Shown here one piece after another: positions 48,701-61,305 of a DNA stretch of 64,000 nt. The DNA comes from Phoronis australis (lineage: Eukaryota; Animalia; Phoronida): contig NMRA01000784.1 in the NCBI GenBank assembly GCA_002633005.1, positions 38,557-102,556 on the forward strand. The letters are read 5' to 3'. The number at the start of each line of letters is the position of its first letter. The first letter of the stretch is position 1. A model generated the notes under the pieces. That model was not told the DNA's origin, did not search any database, and saw nothing but the letters and a program-made list of their open reading frames with translations. The translations under genes and the position numbers were made by a program.

Positions 48701-51700
48701 AAATGAGTTATTTCACCGTGCGTGTAGATTCAAGGCTCTGAATCTGGTAAACTATAGTAACTTGTTGGTAAATGAAATGATCATGTTCATTGATGCATGA
48801 ACGTGGAAGTGATGTTGTTCAAACTACATGTCATTGATCACGTGAATCTTACTAAAAAGGGCTCTGAATCTGGTGAATGATCAAATGGTATCGTCTAGCT
48901 GTTGACCATTTCATGCTCTTAAGAAGGCATCCAAGAGTTATCTCCCATGCCTTTGCTATGTGGTTATAGTGCTGTAGTCAAATAATATTCATCATGGTAG
49001 TCATCAACAGAGTCACCATTGGTTTTGTCTTTTTTCTGTTTCATAACACGATTTTCCGGTGATGTTTTTGTCATTCATCGTCGTTAACATGGCTTTATTA
49101 TTGAATTAAATGCTGTTTACGAATTCCTCATCTTTGACATGGCGTAACTATTGATTCAGAGTTAAATGCTGTTTATGAAATCTGTTATTTAATTAGCTTA
49201 ACGACGATACTGAGGTGACGACCTGGATACCTCAGAAACTGGGTCCTCAGATCCGATTGGTCGTCTCAATGATTAATGACACACCCCCACACGTTCACCT
49301 AACCAGTCGGGAGGCTAAGCCTACGGTATTGCACGTAAAGCCACTGGATCTGAAGTCCAGGAAGGTAGATATTTTTGTTGATATTAATGCAACCAAATAA
49401 TTGCATATGTGTGCATATTGCTGTCTTCTCTACCCAGGCATCTGTTGTCCACAGCTGTATCTTCTAAATCTCTTGGAGGATCTATGAAATTTAACAGATG
49501 TATTTCTATGAAACTGACAACAAGCGAGGACATTTTTCTGACCGGTTTGGTTGCTGCTCTCCCACTAGTTTTTACAGTTTGTCAGCGAAGTCCCTCGACT
49601 GATCTGTACGGAACTTGAAAGTTTATTTTTTGCATTTGAATTAATAGCTTCCACGTGACAGATCCTTTATCCAAGAGAGGGCAGCACTTGCACATTTTAA
49701 GAGCTCTGATTAGTGTTGTGGCGTCCATTATTGTATGGATCTGAGTGATGCAGTGTCCTCTAGTTGAAATTTTATTTTTCTTTGCGGCAATCTTGGTATT
49801 TTCCAGAGTTCCATTCACCAGTTTTCGTATGAGTGGCACAGTACTGCACCCCTGAGACTCGATTTGATTGCACTAGCATGGCTCCCTATATTGGAAATGT
49901 TTAAAAAATTATGTCCTATTACATTTTTGCCACATGGTGGATGGTCATCAATGATCTTCAATGTTTTTGTATTTAATTAAAATCAAATGACATATTAATT
50001 GATATAAAAGGTGATATTGTTTCATGTATTTTTTAATTTTAAAGGTGTCCAGTTCACGCTTTGATGATCGATCTGTTCTGCGCAGAATACTAAGGTCTCA
50101 CTCACTAGGCCATTCATTCACCCAGCTATTGCAGAAAATAGTTGAATGAAAAACATAAGAAGTATGTCCTGGGCTCAGCTATTCATCAACCCATAAGGGA
50201 TAATAAACCATCTTTTCAGCTGTGACTTCACACCTATTCTTAAGCTGTGTTTACTTAATTACCACGTCCAGCTGGAACAGTTGTATGACTAAGAGCAGGG
50301 TTCACAAAGAACTACTTTCACTGACCTTACATGTCAATTTCAAAGGCCTATTGTTGTTGAACAACGCCTAATGATTTATTACAGCCCGGTCGCACAAAAT
50401 TCTTAGCCACTATGCGGACTAGTTACCCAATTCAAGCCCAGACTAAATTGTACTTTTGTTTTTTACAGCAATTGTCATAATCAAGATTTCTCTAATTTTA
50501 GGAAATTGTCAGGGAAACCCTTCTCAAATTCAACAAACAGCTTGATATGGATCAGATGTTTTCTCTGTTAGCTAAGGAGTCATCTGAGAACCCCCTGTGG
50601 CTGTCGGTTGCCTGTGAGGAACTCCGGGTGCACGGACAGTTTGAAAATTTGTCCGAAAAAGTTGAGAGCTTAGCCAATGGTCTTCTAGAGTGAGTACTGC
50701 CACCACCCTTTTGATTGCCTTTTACTTGTAGCAACTCTCACAAATGTCCTAAAAATATCCTTCACCATAAAACAGAGTATTTCTCTGGTGCATTTTATTT
50801 TCATTGCTTGGGAAGGAAGATTTTTTGTGTTACTATTCTCCACAACCTCGAATTGGTTACAAGATTGAATTCTTGTTGTACAGGTGGGCCTATGTCAAGT
50901 GTGAAAAACAATGCGATGTGTTTGAACTCGAAGAAGCTTATCATGTTTGAAGTATTGAACTTTAGAGATGTTTGTCACAGTTTCAATGTTTGGATTTCGT
51001 GGAATTATGCACATCACCACAGTGTAAGCGTCAAGTTTGCATCGTGTTCGTGAATTAATAAGTAAATCCTGTTAAGTTTTAGAAATTTCTGTTGTGCAGA
51101 GCACTATGTTACCCAGTAATAAGAGAGAATTTCATAAATTTGGGTTCGTGAAAGATTTCATGTTTGTCAACAACGACTGAATTCACTGGGATTGGTTTGG
51201 ACATTGAGTTGATTGAGTATGTCTGCAGCTGGCTTTTGATTGGCTAACCTTGAGATGTAACCCTTGACAGCAACAGTACTAACTGTTTTGTTTCCCCCCG
51301 CAGACTGCTGGAGCAAGTATTGGGTCGTTTTGAGCAGGAAAATGGTGGGTACCTCCTGGTGGCCACTCTAAGCCTGCTTGAAGTCTCCTCAGCTGGACTG
51401 TTGGAGGCGGAGCTTCTGGAGTTGCTAGGCGACAGGGATTTAATGCCGCCGTCATCCGTGCTGGAGAAAGGTTGGAAAACTAAGACTGTTACTTGTTGAC
51501 TTCATTGTTGTTATTGCATTACTTAACAAAAGCAGACAAAATTAGTGATGTTGGCTGTTCTGCAATTACTGGCAATGACACAACTTTGGTGCAACGTTCT
51601 AATTACATGATGAACAGTACATTTCACTAAGTTGTTCACTTTTCGTCAAATACCCACTGAATGAATGATGCTTGCCCCTTGCCCCTTGCTCATGCTGGGG

Positions 51701-54700
51701 AATTGGGGTTCATTTTCATTTGTAAAACTCTTCAGCTACCCCTTTTGCACACAGTCGTGTCTGTAAGAGTTGGGGCTTTTTTACACCAAAACTCCACCAG
51801 CAAATCACCACATTAAAAACCTTAGGCTCCAATCCTCATGTTGATCTTTTGTTAGAATTGGCGAGGTAAGGGTGCGTTTACAAGAAAATGTAACAACGAG
51901 TTTTACGTAATTGTCTTTGTTTCCACGCACTGACTGTGTGTGTTTTTCTTGCGCGTGTGCACGTGTGATATTTGGAGCCCAATACCTACATCACAACACA
52001 TTTCAGGCGACATTGAAGAAACGGAGAAAGAGACCGGTGAGGAAGCAGATGGCAAGTTGCCAATGTTCAAGTGGGCAGGGGTGTATCGCGCCCTGCGCAC
52101 GTTCCTACGTCCGTACGGTGACAGTGGCGAAGGCAGGCTGGACTTCTATCATCGCTCACTGAGCAAGGCTGTACGACGCAAGTAAGTGTCTGTATTTGCA
52201 GTTTTCTTATCCAGCGATTTATTAGGGGTGTACATTATTGTGATGCCCCCATCCTGTGAAGTGAGTTTTTCCAATTTTGGTGATCTTGAACTTGGTCACA
52301 CCCATATCGTTATCGGTTTGACATCAGTTCTATGGTAAGGGAGAAAGTCGCCAAACCCATGTTTACATAGTCCATTGCTCTCATTGTCTACACACAACGT
52401 ATAAGCTCACATAATTTAGCAGTTATGTTGTAAAGAACATGCCTGGCGCTAACCGATGTTTAAAACACACTATTTACAAACAACTTTTAACAAATGCCGC
52501 GAAGAAGATGTGTTTTTTATGAAATACTATCACCAAACTTGGACTTGTAAAAATAATTGACTTTCGTAGAATTTAGACAGCACCTCACTTTCACCTGCTG
52601 ATTCATGTAATGTGTGGTTGCAATCAGTGGCCAGCTTAACCACTGCATTGTGCACCAAAACAATAGGCTTGTTTGCCAAGTTTAATCGAGCTTGATTCTA
52701 GATCATATCCTGACATTGGGAATTTCTTGGTTTTATCTGTCCAGGGGAATGGTACCTGAAAACATTGAGATAATTATGTTGATCCGACCCTGTTAGTGTG
52801 GAAGCTCTGTTTCTCTTCTCAGTCATGATCCAGGTTTTACCTTATTTTGTGTTCCAGACAGAGTTATTAAGCCGCGCCTTATTGTTCAATTTTTTACCTG
52901 ATGCTTTTGTTTGTTGGCTGAATAGAAAATTTAAGATGAACTTAAACAATATTGAACTATTAAGATGAGTAATTCTAGAATTATAAAAAATAAAATGTGA
53001 AATGAAAGTTCTGTTAAAAATGGATAGTAATCAAACCGAATCCCAAATATCATATCATTTAGTTGTCTAGATTTGGAGTCCCAGATTGAGAGCTTTCTTT
53101 ATACATGTTTATACCAGTTAGTTCTTTTTGTGAGTCTAATCTACGTGTTGTGATTTAGGTATTTCAACAATCCTGATAATGTCGAGGATGACGAGGACAG
53201 TGTTGAGATCTACCGCTGGTGGCATAATAAAGTATCGGAGTATTTTGAGAAGCACCGCAACATACAACGCAAGGTGGAGGTGAGTGAACAGGCCGCCAGG
53301 GGGAGCTGTCATTTCTTCGAGACAAGGCTTGCAGTTTTGGAATTTCAGTTGGTTAAATACATCTATTCGAGACTTTTCTGAATTTTTCTCTCCTAAGGCT
53401 TGCTTTTAATTGAATCTCACCACAGCTGTAGTATAACGAGCCAAGCTGTCTGCCTCAAGTTAATCTCATCTGAGCTGACAACTTACATCAAGGTGTAAAG
53501 GTCTGACAAGAATGCAATGAACTCAGCACTTGTTCATTCAATTGTCAACAGAGTTACTTTTCACTTGAGGCTCACAGCTTAGCTCATAGCTTTGTCTGGG
53601 GTGGCCCTATCACCTGGATTTGAACATTGAGCAAAATGAATGTGGAAAGGTTTCCTATCTTTGCTCTGCGACGTGTACTTTCTTGGAAAATGTTCTAGAA
53701 CAGATCTTTGTAATGATGTCTTTTGCTGTTTATAGGAGTTACCTCATCATTTGGTTTACCTCAAGGAATACGCTCGCATGAAGGACTTTCTGGCTGACTT
53801 CAACACAGTCGACGAGTTGTTCGATCCAGACTACAGCTCTAAACTATTGAACTTCTGGAGAAAGGTAAAGTTGTTGTCAAAATGTGCAGTACAGTTCACA
53901 AGACGTTGGTTAAACTGGCCTCATTGGGGCATTGTGTGGATGTGCCGAGGATGGCAAGAAGTGAAAGGCCAATCAGCAAACCTCAGACATCAACCCTCTT
54001 CTGTTTGTCCAGACATAGTCTGTTTGTCGAATCATTACAGATATATCTCTTGTTTATCTTCAGGTATTGGTCGAGCTCATTGTTAAGTATTTGCAGGATG
54101 GTTCTTTGTCTCGCAGCACGACTCGCATACCATACCTTGATGAATACGTTGGCTATTGAAATTCTGGTTGTCGAAACCAAATTTAATAGCATCGTTTTTC
54201 GCTAATATTTCTCATGAAAAAGCATTCCAACGTAACTTTTCATGGGGAATTCAATTTCAGAAGCCAAACAGTAACTGCTCAGTGTACAGTTAGTATTGCA
54301 CTTTATATCCATCACCGTTTTATTCCTGTAAATTTATTGCTGACGTTGAAAGTGATTTGCTCCACACAATAGAACTTATATCAATGTTCATGATGGCAAA
54401 AATTGATGAACCCGGCAAGTTGCACAAATCTGTTGTGTGCCATGAGACGTCGTGATTTGTAAAGTATCCACCAGAGGGTGCCACCGCTTCATTCATGTCA
54501 TTGCTAATGTGGACAGTGCTCTGCTCGCGACAAAAACAACTTGATAGCAAAAGCTGGTGAACTTAGCGGTTCTTGTACAAGTTTGTTGACATAGCACAAG
54601 GTGCCATGAGACGTTGCCACAGCAGCCAGTGGTTCTTTGATGTTATCACTGTCATTACTTATAAGTGTGATGATTTTGCCTCATTGTGTGGAATCTTTAT

Positions 54701-57700
54701 GACTTAGTTGTCTTTTCTAGCTTCATGACTTTGAGAAAATGGCTGCAACATACACAGAAGAGTTAGCTGCCTTGGAGAAAGAAGGCACAGATTTGGCATT
54801 GCTGGCCAAGCGAACGGAGAAGGTGGCCATACTTTTGTAAGTGACGTCTAGCGACCTCTTGTGGCTTTGTAACCGATATTGTTTGCTGGGAACTACAGAT
54901 GAGAAGTAAAACATTATGAGCAAATAAACTGCAGTCGAGGGGACTATTATTGTGTACCGTTTATGGACATATTCAGGATCATGTGAAGTTGTGTCTGTAT
55001 TCAGATGTAGGTGCACGTGCCTACATGTAAAATACGTGATGAGCAAATATCAAGGAGCTAGTTTGTAATATTATAGTTAAGCTTGATTTCTCCTTAAAGT
55101 TTACAAAACAATACTGTACATGGTGGCCTATACACGGTAAGTGGAAAGTACAGTGAATGGACAAACGACTTTCAGAAAACACCCTGATGTACATGTTCAA
55201 GGGATAGTTACCTTTGTCTGTAAGTGGACTTTAGCATTCCGGGCTCAGATATCCATAACCCATATGGGGGTAATAAGACAAATATCTTCTCAGCCATGAC
55301 CATAAACCCNAATGGACAAACAACTTTCAGAAAACACCCTGATGTACATGTTCAAGGGATAGTTACCTTTGTCTGTAAGTGGACTTAAGCATTCCGGGCT
55401 CAGATATCCATAACCCATATGGGGGTAATAAGACAAATATCTTCTCAGCCATGACCATAAACCCCTTTTAAGCTGCATTTAGTCACACTGGGCAGGGATC
55501 ACAAAGAACCACTTTCACTAATTCCAAAAGGCCTATTGTCTGTGAATGACAGTCATCATTTACAACCCTTCACAAATTTCTAAGTCAACATGCAGACTAC
55601 TTCCCTTTCCAAGCTCGAAATGAGGGCATGTGCTGGTATACTCAAAATACTGGAGCAAAAAGCTTTATTTCAGTTAGAGGCAGATCCACCTTGATACAAG
55701 CATATTCGGTTGAGAATGATTACCAAGTCTTTTTTCAAGCTAGGACAATTCACTGAGGTCAGAGGTTAACCAAAGTCTTGTTTCCATGTTGCAGTGTCCA
55801 AGCAGGTCTCTATGATGAGTCTCTGGCTCTGGCTAAGAAGGTGAAAGGATGGGAAGAGGACCAGCTGGGACGGCGGGATGAAGAGATGGCGTCCATCTAT
55901 AACTTACTGGCACAGNAGAAGGTGAAAGGATGGGAAGAGGACCAGCTGGGACGGCGGGACGAAGAGATGGCGTCCATCTATAACTTACTGGCACAGATTT
56001 ATGATCAGGTGGGACATCGTTGGGTTTATGGTCCTGCACAATTTTTGTGGCGACCCACTGAATTAATGTGGCTCCCAATCATGTTAAAATATCTGGAACT
56101 GGCCATAATACACGGTTTTCTCTGTATGGAACACGTGGAAAATTGCAAAAGGGCATCAATTCATGGAAAGTTCCAAGTTGCCAATTCGTGTTTTCAAAAT
56201 TTTACCTGGTAGCAATCATTTGAAGGAAGGTTCATCCATCTGCTTTTGGCTCCAAGTCATGGAAGATGAATGTGAAAACAGTATCCTGGGTGGAAGAAGA
56301 AAACATGACATGAGCCAAAACGGGGGATGAGATGTATCACCAAGTGAAGACAGGTGGCGTTCTGACAAGCATTTTTCGAGTTTTCACTTCCTGGAGCTCT
56401 AGCTCTGTGGTCCTTTGATGAACTACCGAAAGTGATGTTTGTTTCACACGTCAAGTTAATAATAATTAGGGAAATCATAAAAAGTCATATGTCCCTTATG
56501 CAAAGAGTCTCGTCTGACCAGCTATTTCTCAGGTATGCTGACATTAGCTAATTTTTTACGTTCTGTCAAAGTTACATGTAACCTTGAAGTCAGCATTGTG
56601 GGTGAATCCATTGAAGATGTTAATTTGAATTGATTCTTCTTCCTGTTGAGTTACGTAGTAATGATGTGTCTCGCAATTGTATAATTATGTATGATAGATG
56701 ATTAAAAACAAAGTACTTGAAGTATTTTTCTTCACACTTAGTTCTCTATTGATAGACTTCTTAACTTGGGAGAAAGGATCACATGCTGTCCTTTTATAGG
56801 CTTTGTGATTAACTGCTATAATTGTGTTTATTCTGTTTCCTTTCAGAAATGTAAACTTCACGAGTTTATGTACCGCAGTCAGTTCCCTGAGACAAAGAAT
56901 TGTGTGTGGCATTGCAATGAAGCTGTGGAACTCAGGCGTCTTTGTGCTTTCACTGAAATCCAGAGGGTTTGTGTCTTTAAAGATTTACTACGATAATAAC
57001 TTTATATTGCATGCGATTCAGGTACGTCCTTCATTTTAAACTGCGTTTTGCACTGTTTGGCTAAAACTGAATGAGGCCTTTTGCTCATAACCTTGTTGTA
57101 TTCCTTATTGGGATTCATTTCCAAACAGAAAGTTGAAATGTTCAGTGACATAAGAAAATGTTTCGGATTTAAATGATATTTTACAACACTAAAATAATTT
57201 AAAAATTGAGCTTCTTGGACAAGTATGAATTGTATGAAGCAAAAGCCTGTGGTTATTAAAATGTACTTATGGTGTCTGAAATTATGGAGATCATTTCTTG
57301 AGGAAAGTTGCTTTTAATTGATGTAATTTGAATATTAAAAAGGATGCTCCTATATTGTTGAGTTTTTTTGTTTTCATTTTCATCTCAAACAAAGTGAGTT
57401 CCTGTTATCTACCAAATGGTGCCCCCTGTTGTCACTTCTCTTAACTGCCTGTTGTAGAGGTTACTTGGCAAAGTCATGGTACGCTTGGCCTTCAACCTGA
57501 GTACATATGCTCACCTCGGTGGGGACAATGAGAAGTCACCAGGTCAGGCACGCCAGCAAGGCATAGACATTGTCAACGAGGCTATTCTGATATTTGAACA
57601 GGTAAGATTTATGGAGCTGATAGGAAGACCACTATTATCTCCCCTGAGTGCAGTGAATAAAATAGTTTATGGACTGATAATTTGATAACTTTTACTATCT

Positions 57701-60700
57701 GGTGGCTGGTAATGGGATACTACATTGTTTCTGTTGTGTTGAGAACATGGTATTTTGAGGTGTTAATTTTCGAAATGCGGAGATCAAATGAAGGACTGAG
57801 GCACTGTGCATTGTGTAACTGACTAGACATTGTGCACCAGTAACTGAGTAGACATTGTGCACCAGTAACTGACTAGACATTGTGCAACAGTAGCTTACTA
57901 GACATTGTGCACCAGTAACTGACTAGACATTGTGCACCAGTAACTGACTAGACATTGTGCACCAGTAACTGACTATACATTGTGCACCAGTAACTGACTA
58001 GACATTTTGCACCAGTAACTGACTAGACATTGTGCACCAGTAACTGACTAGACAATGTGCACCAGTAACTGACTAGACATTGTGCACCAGTAACTGACTA
58101 GACATTGTGCACCAGTAACTGACTAGACATTTTGCACCAGTAACTGACTAGACATTGTGCACCAGTAACTGACTAGACATTGTGCACCAGTAACTGACTA
58201 GACATTGTGCACCAGTAACTGACTAGACATTGTGCACCAGTAACTGACTAGACATTGTGCACCAGTAACTGACTAGACATTGTGCACCAGTAACTGACTA
58301 GACATTGTGCACCAGTAACTGACTAGACATTGTGCACCAGTAACTGACTAGACATTGTGCACCAGTAACTGACTAGACATTGTGCACCAGTAACTGACTA
58401 GACATTGTGCACCAGTAACTGACTAGACATTGTGCACCAGTAACTGACTAGACATTGTGCACCAGTAACTGACTAGACATTGTGCACCAGTAACTGACTA
58501 GACATTGTGCACCAGTAACTGACTAGACATTTTGCACCAGTAACTGACTAGACATTGTGCACCTGTCCAGTAACTGACTAGACATTGTGCACCAGTAACT
58601 GACTAGACATTGTGCACCAGTAGCTTACTAGACATTGTGCACTAGCAAGGTCTGTTGGATATTATGCATTATCAGTTTGTTGTGTCTGCCTGTGTGTGTG
58701 TGTGTCTGTGTGTGTGTGTGCTTGTGGTTTTGTCTGACAGTCTGACACTGCATGTGATGTTGTTTCAGTTAAACGACACTGGCCACAAGGCGGAGGCTCT
58801 GATGACGAAAGCGGTACTTACTCCTACCGGTACTGCACAACTCAAGGTGGGTGCTATCTGGTGGTTGTGACACCATATATCACTCTTTTATTCACATTTT
58901 TAAAGGAATGTCGTTCTTCCAGCCTAAGATAGTTTTGAGCATTATAAATAAGGGAATCTTCAACCTATTCGGGGCATGTATTTAAGATGGCATTATTTTC
59001 ACTGGGGATATTATAGCCTTGTATATAAGCTACAGCTGAAATTGTTGTGTTTTTTTTCTACAGTATGTTTTGTTAACCGGTCATGTGGAAGTGAATTTCA
59101 AACTTTTGCCAGTTGATAGCAAAGCTGCAAAAATACAGCTCTTCTTATTTTAGAATCATTCTGATCTTAATGCCTTTAAATTTGAAGACATCTGGAAAAT
59201 GAGTTTCGTGCACTTATTGCAGATAATCTTTGCATTTGTGCTATTTCATTAGACTAAGCCCTAACATTATTTTTACTACAGTGTTCAGGTTGCCTTTAAT
59301 TGGGGAAAGCGACACCATTATTCTTGTTACCTTAAGTAAATCTACAGATCTCTGGTTTTGTTGGAGAATTATTTTTTATAAGTGATTGTTCCTCTGGTGT
59401 GTTTTTACTATTCATGGGAAAATAGAGTTTGAGATAGACAGTCCAGCAAAATGCTTGTATGTTCTACATCTGCATCCTTCGGCAAACACGAGTGACCACT
59501 TGAATCCAGGCAGACACATTGTGTTTGCTGATTGGTTTTGCTTGAATTTTTTGAATAGGACGTTCAAATAAGTTTCAGTTTGCCATTGTTATGAATCGTA
59601 TCTCATTGGATGTTCTGGTGTTGTAGCTGTATGAAGAAGCTGAGCATCTGTCTGTGCAGTCCTTTGGAGAAATCTCCATCCTCGGCGCTCGTAATGCCAT
59701 CAACACAGGTACGTGGACAGGTTTAGGGATAGCACCATTTACGCCTTCTATTGTCCCATGGACATGACTAGAATTTTCTGGTTGGCTGTATCTACATCAG
59801 AAAGTTTGTTATAGATAGTTTCAATATGCCTTATTTGTAGTCCTTGGACACTGTCAATTGTCACATCCTGATTCCAACTCTCCTCTTTTCAAAGGTACAA
59901 AAATGCATTGTATGATGATTGACCTACTAGTTTTTGATGGTTAAACCACTGATATGGCTCAGAACTGAGCTGTCAAATTTGTTGATGATTTGGCGAGGCA
60001 ACAGATCTTTGTCGGACATTACAAGTACTTGAGACTCTGCTTCAAAATTTTCTGATCATGTGTGAATTTTCAATGTTCAATCAAAGTACGCCATGAAGTT
60101 GGTCAAATTGAGTCTCAAGTTTCATCCCGGCTCTCCGTTGATGCCAAATCAGAATTTCTTTGAATTTGTCTGAAATTTATTATGGCATTTCAAAGCAACT
60201 TTTTAGTGAGTTCTCTAAATTAAGATTTAGACCTTTGGTTTGCTTCTGGTTTTCTTTGTGATTCCTGACATCAGTTTGAGAAAGCTATTTTACTGAGATG
60301 CAGTGCTCATTGGTTGGTATTGGTGTTAAACTTGTGCCTGCAGTTTTTCTAATTTTAGACAACTTTATTGACTGTCTTTTTAGATACAAATTTACGCTGT
60401 CTCGCAAACACTGTGCTCGACTTAATATTTGTCTATTTTAGCAATTAGTAGTTATCCAAATCAAACTATATTCAAAAAAGTTACGTGAATTTTTACGGTT
60501 TGACCTCTTCAGGCATCTACTATGAAGAAAACCGCAATTTCCAGAAAGCATTTGAGTACTTCAAGAAGCACGCGGACTTGACAGTCCAACTGTATGGAGA
60601 CGATCACATTAAAGCCCAGCGAGGCAAGGCTATCCTGCAGGAGCCTATGTATAAGAGGTTTCTACAACAATACAATGCGGCCAACGGGATCGCTTCGTAA
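39758..60700 (+). CDS. N-acylated DUF4062-NACHT(STAND P-loop)-winged helix-TPR protein (TEP1/NPHP3/TTC41-like group), 22 coding exons, about 1091 aa
   Basis: Exons 39758-40174, 40592-40767, 41376-41509, 42305-42438, 43110-43205, 43893-44045, 44672-44808, 45595-45706, 46277-46384, 49197-49364, 50502-50689, 51304-51470, 52007-52181, 53159-53279, 53736-53864, 54721-54836, 55795-56008 (minus an 81-nt artefact), 56847-56966, 57458-57601, 58769-58846, 59627-59708, 60513-60700; all GT-AG and in phase. Motifs: MGCGASS; RIFVSSTFKDFHSEREVL, DLRWG, SVTEMEM (DUF4062); AGPGSGKT (Walker A); IILFIDALNQ (Walker B); NPLWL; FYHRSLSKAVRRKY (winged helix); kinesin-light-chain-type TPRs (ASIYNLLAQIY; GIYYEENRNFQKAFEYFKK...YGDDH). 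Confidence 0.92.
40265..40428. mobile_element. MITE, GGCGGAT-TIR family, in the intron after the first coding exon of the STAND gene
   Basis: caggaggcggatctagga ... ccctgaatccgccactg; flanks gtata/gtatg (4/5 TSD). Single ends of the family also occur at about 15000 and about 31235-31253. Confidence 0.75.
44908..45482. mobile_element. TTAA-flanked insertion (Kolobok-like non-autonomous element), present in only one of the two copies of this intron
   Basis: TTAA at 44908-44911 and 45479-45482; degenerate subterminal IR (gttaa..agaacagga / tccatgttct..ttaac). The segment is absent at about 47700-47720. Confidence 0.5.
47457..48698 (+). pseudogene. Second copy of STAND-gene exons 7-9 (Walker A/B) with an in-frame nonsense codon
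   Basis: Exon copies 47457-47593, 47823-47934, 48591-48698. AAA(K) of copy 1 is TAA at 48663-48665, plus 5 missense and 3 silent differences. Could be a null allele, a decayed duplicate or a base-call error. Confidence 0.6.
50297..50440 (+). repeat. Old dispersed repeat; second copy at about 55493-55615
   Basis: Both share aggg.tcacaaagaac.actttcact..aaaggcctattgt..tgaa..atttac..caca(a)aatt..caagc.c. Confidence 0.65.
55156..55464. repeat. 154-bp tandem near-duplicate joined at N (55310)
   Basis: 55156-55309 repeated at 55311-55464. Confidence 0.9.
55836..55996. repeat. 80-bp tandem duplicate within a TPR exon, joined at N (55916)
   Basis: 55836-55915 repeated at 55917-55996 with one silent SNP (GAT/GAC). 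Confidence 0.92.
57816..58643. repeat. 25-bp minisatellite (gactagacattgtgcaccagtaact)n, about 33 nearly perfect units, intronic
   Basis: Head-to-tail units with no spacers. Confidence 0.97.
58691..58720. repeat. (TG)n microsatellite
   Basis: Direct reading. Confidence 0.9.
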
Positions 60701-60984
60701 TTACAGTTTGTTCACAAAACAAACAGCAAACTGGTTGTCAGAGAAATTGTGGATACATTTTGGTTACATTTTAGCAATAACCAGTTTTAATTTTGGCTAG
60801 AGTTTGTTACAGATATTTTGCTCATCTGCCTTCATAGTGGTTATTGACGGCAATGTCAAATTAATTTCTGACAACCGTCCAGTGTTGTTTTATCCGACAA
60901 AAGTTTCATCTCGTTGCTGAGTAACTATGGCATAGAGTACGGTCTGGTTTGTTGTGAAAAAAGTACTGTGCTCCTAATTCGTAT

Positions 60985-61305
60985 CTGATATGGGGGCAGG
61001 GTTTAAGCTGGCCTATCATGTAGGTGTACCTGTGAGATTGACTTGGATTGGGGTGACATCTACTGGCTGGTCAAGAAGCTGTACATGTGTGGAGGGCGGG
61101 GCTTCAACTGGCCATTTAAGTAGCTGTGATATCGATGTAGAGAGGGATAAGGCATGAACTGGCCAATCAGTTAGTCATGTCTGTGTGATTGATGTGGAGG
61201 GCGGGGCTTCAACTGGCCAATTAAGTAGCTGTGATATCGATGTGGAGAGGGATAAGGCATGAACTGGCCAATCAGTTAGTCATGTCTGTGTGATTGATGT
61301 GGTGG
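60985..61305. repeat. 105-bp tandem repeat (dimer of about 52-bp subunits) downstream of the STAND-gene stop codon
   Basis: tgtgg(agggcggggc) recurs at 61088, 61193 and 61298; more diverged subunits extend back to about 60985. Confidence 0.85.

Larger units (their letters stand above)
44059..49160. repeat. Tandem near-duplicate 44059-46849 / 46851-49160 joined at a single N (46850)
   Basis: Collinear copies containing exons 7-9; breakpoint at the N. Confidence 0.92.

Noticed and set aside
55836-55996. Genuine in-frame TPR repeat expansion
   Set aside because: Frame is kept only because 80 bp plus one placeholder N equals 81; same signature as the other N-junction overlaps.
57816-58643. CRISPR-like array
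   Set aside because: Units are head-to-tail with no unique spacers, there are no cas genes, and the context is a eukaryotic intron.
39758-60700. Naming the gene TEP1 or NPHP3, or calling it recent bacterial HGT
   Set aside because: No TROVE/WD40 domains or long N-terminal coiled coil; 21 spliceosomal introns in the CDS argue against recent transfer or contamination.
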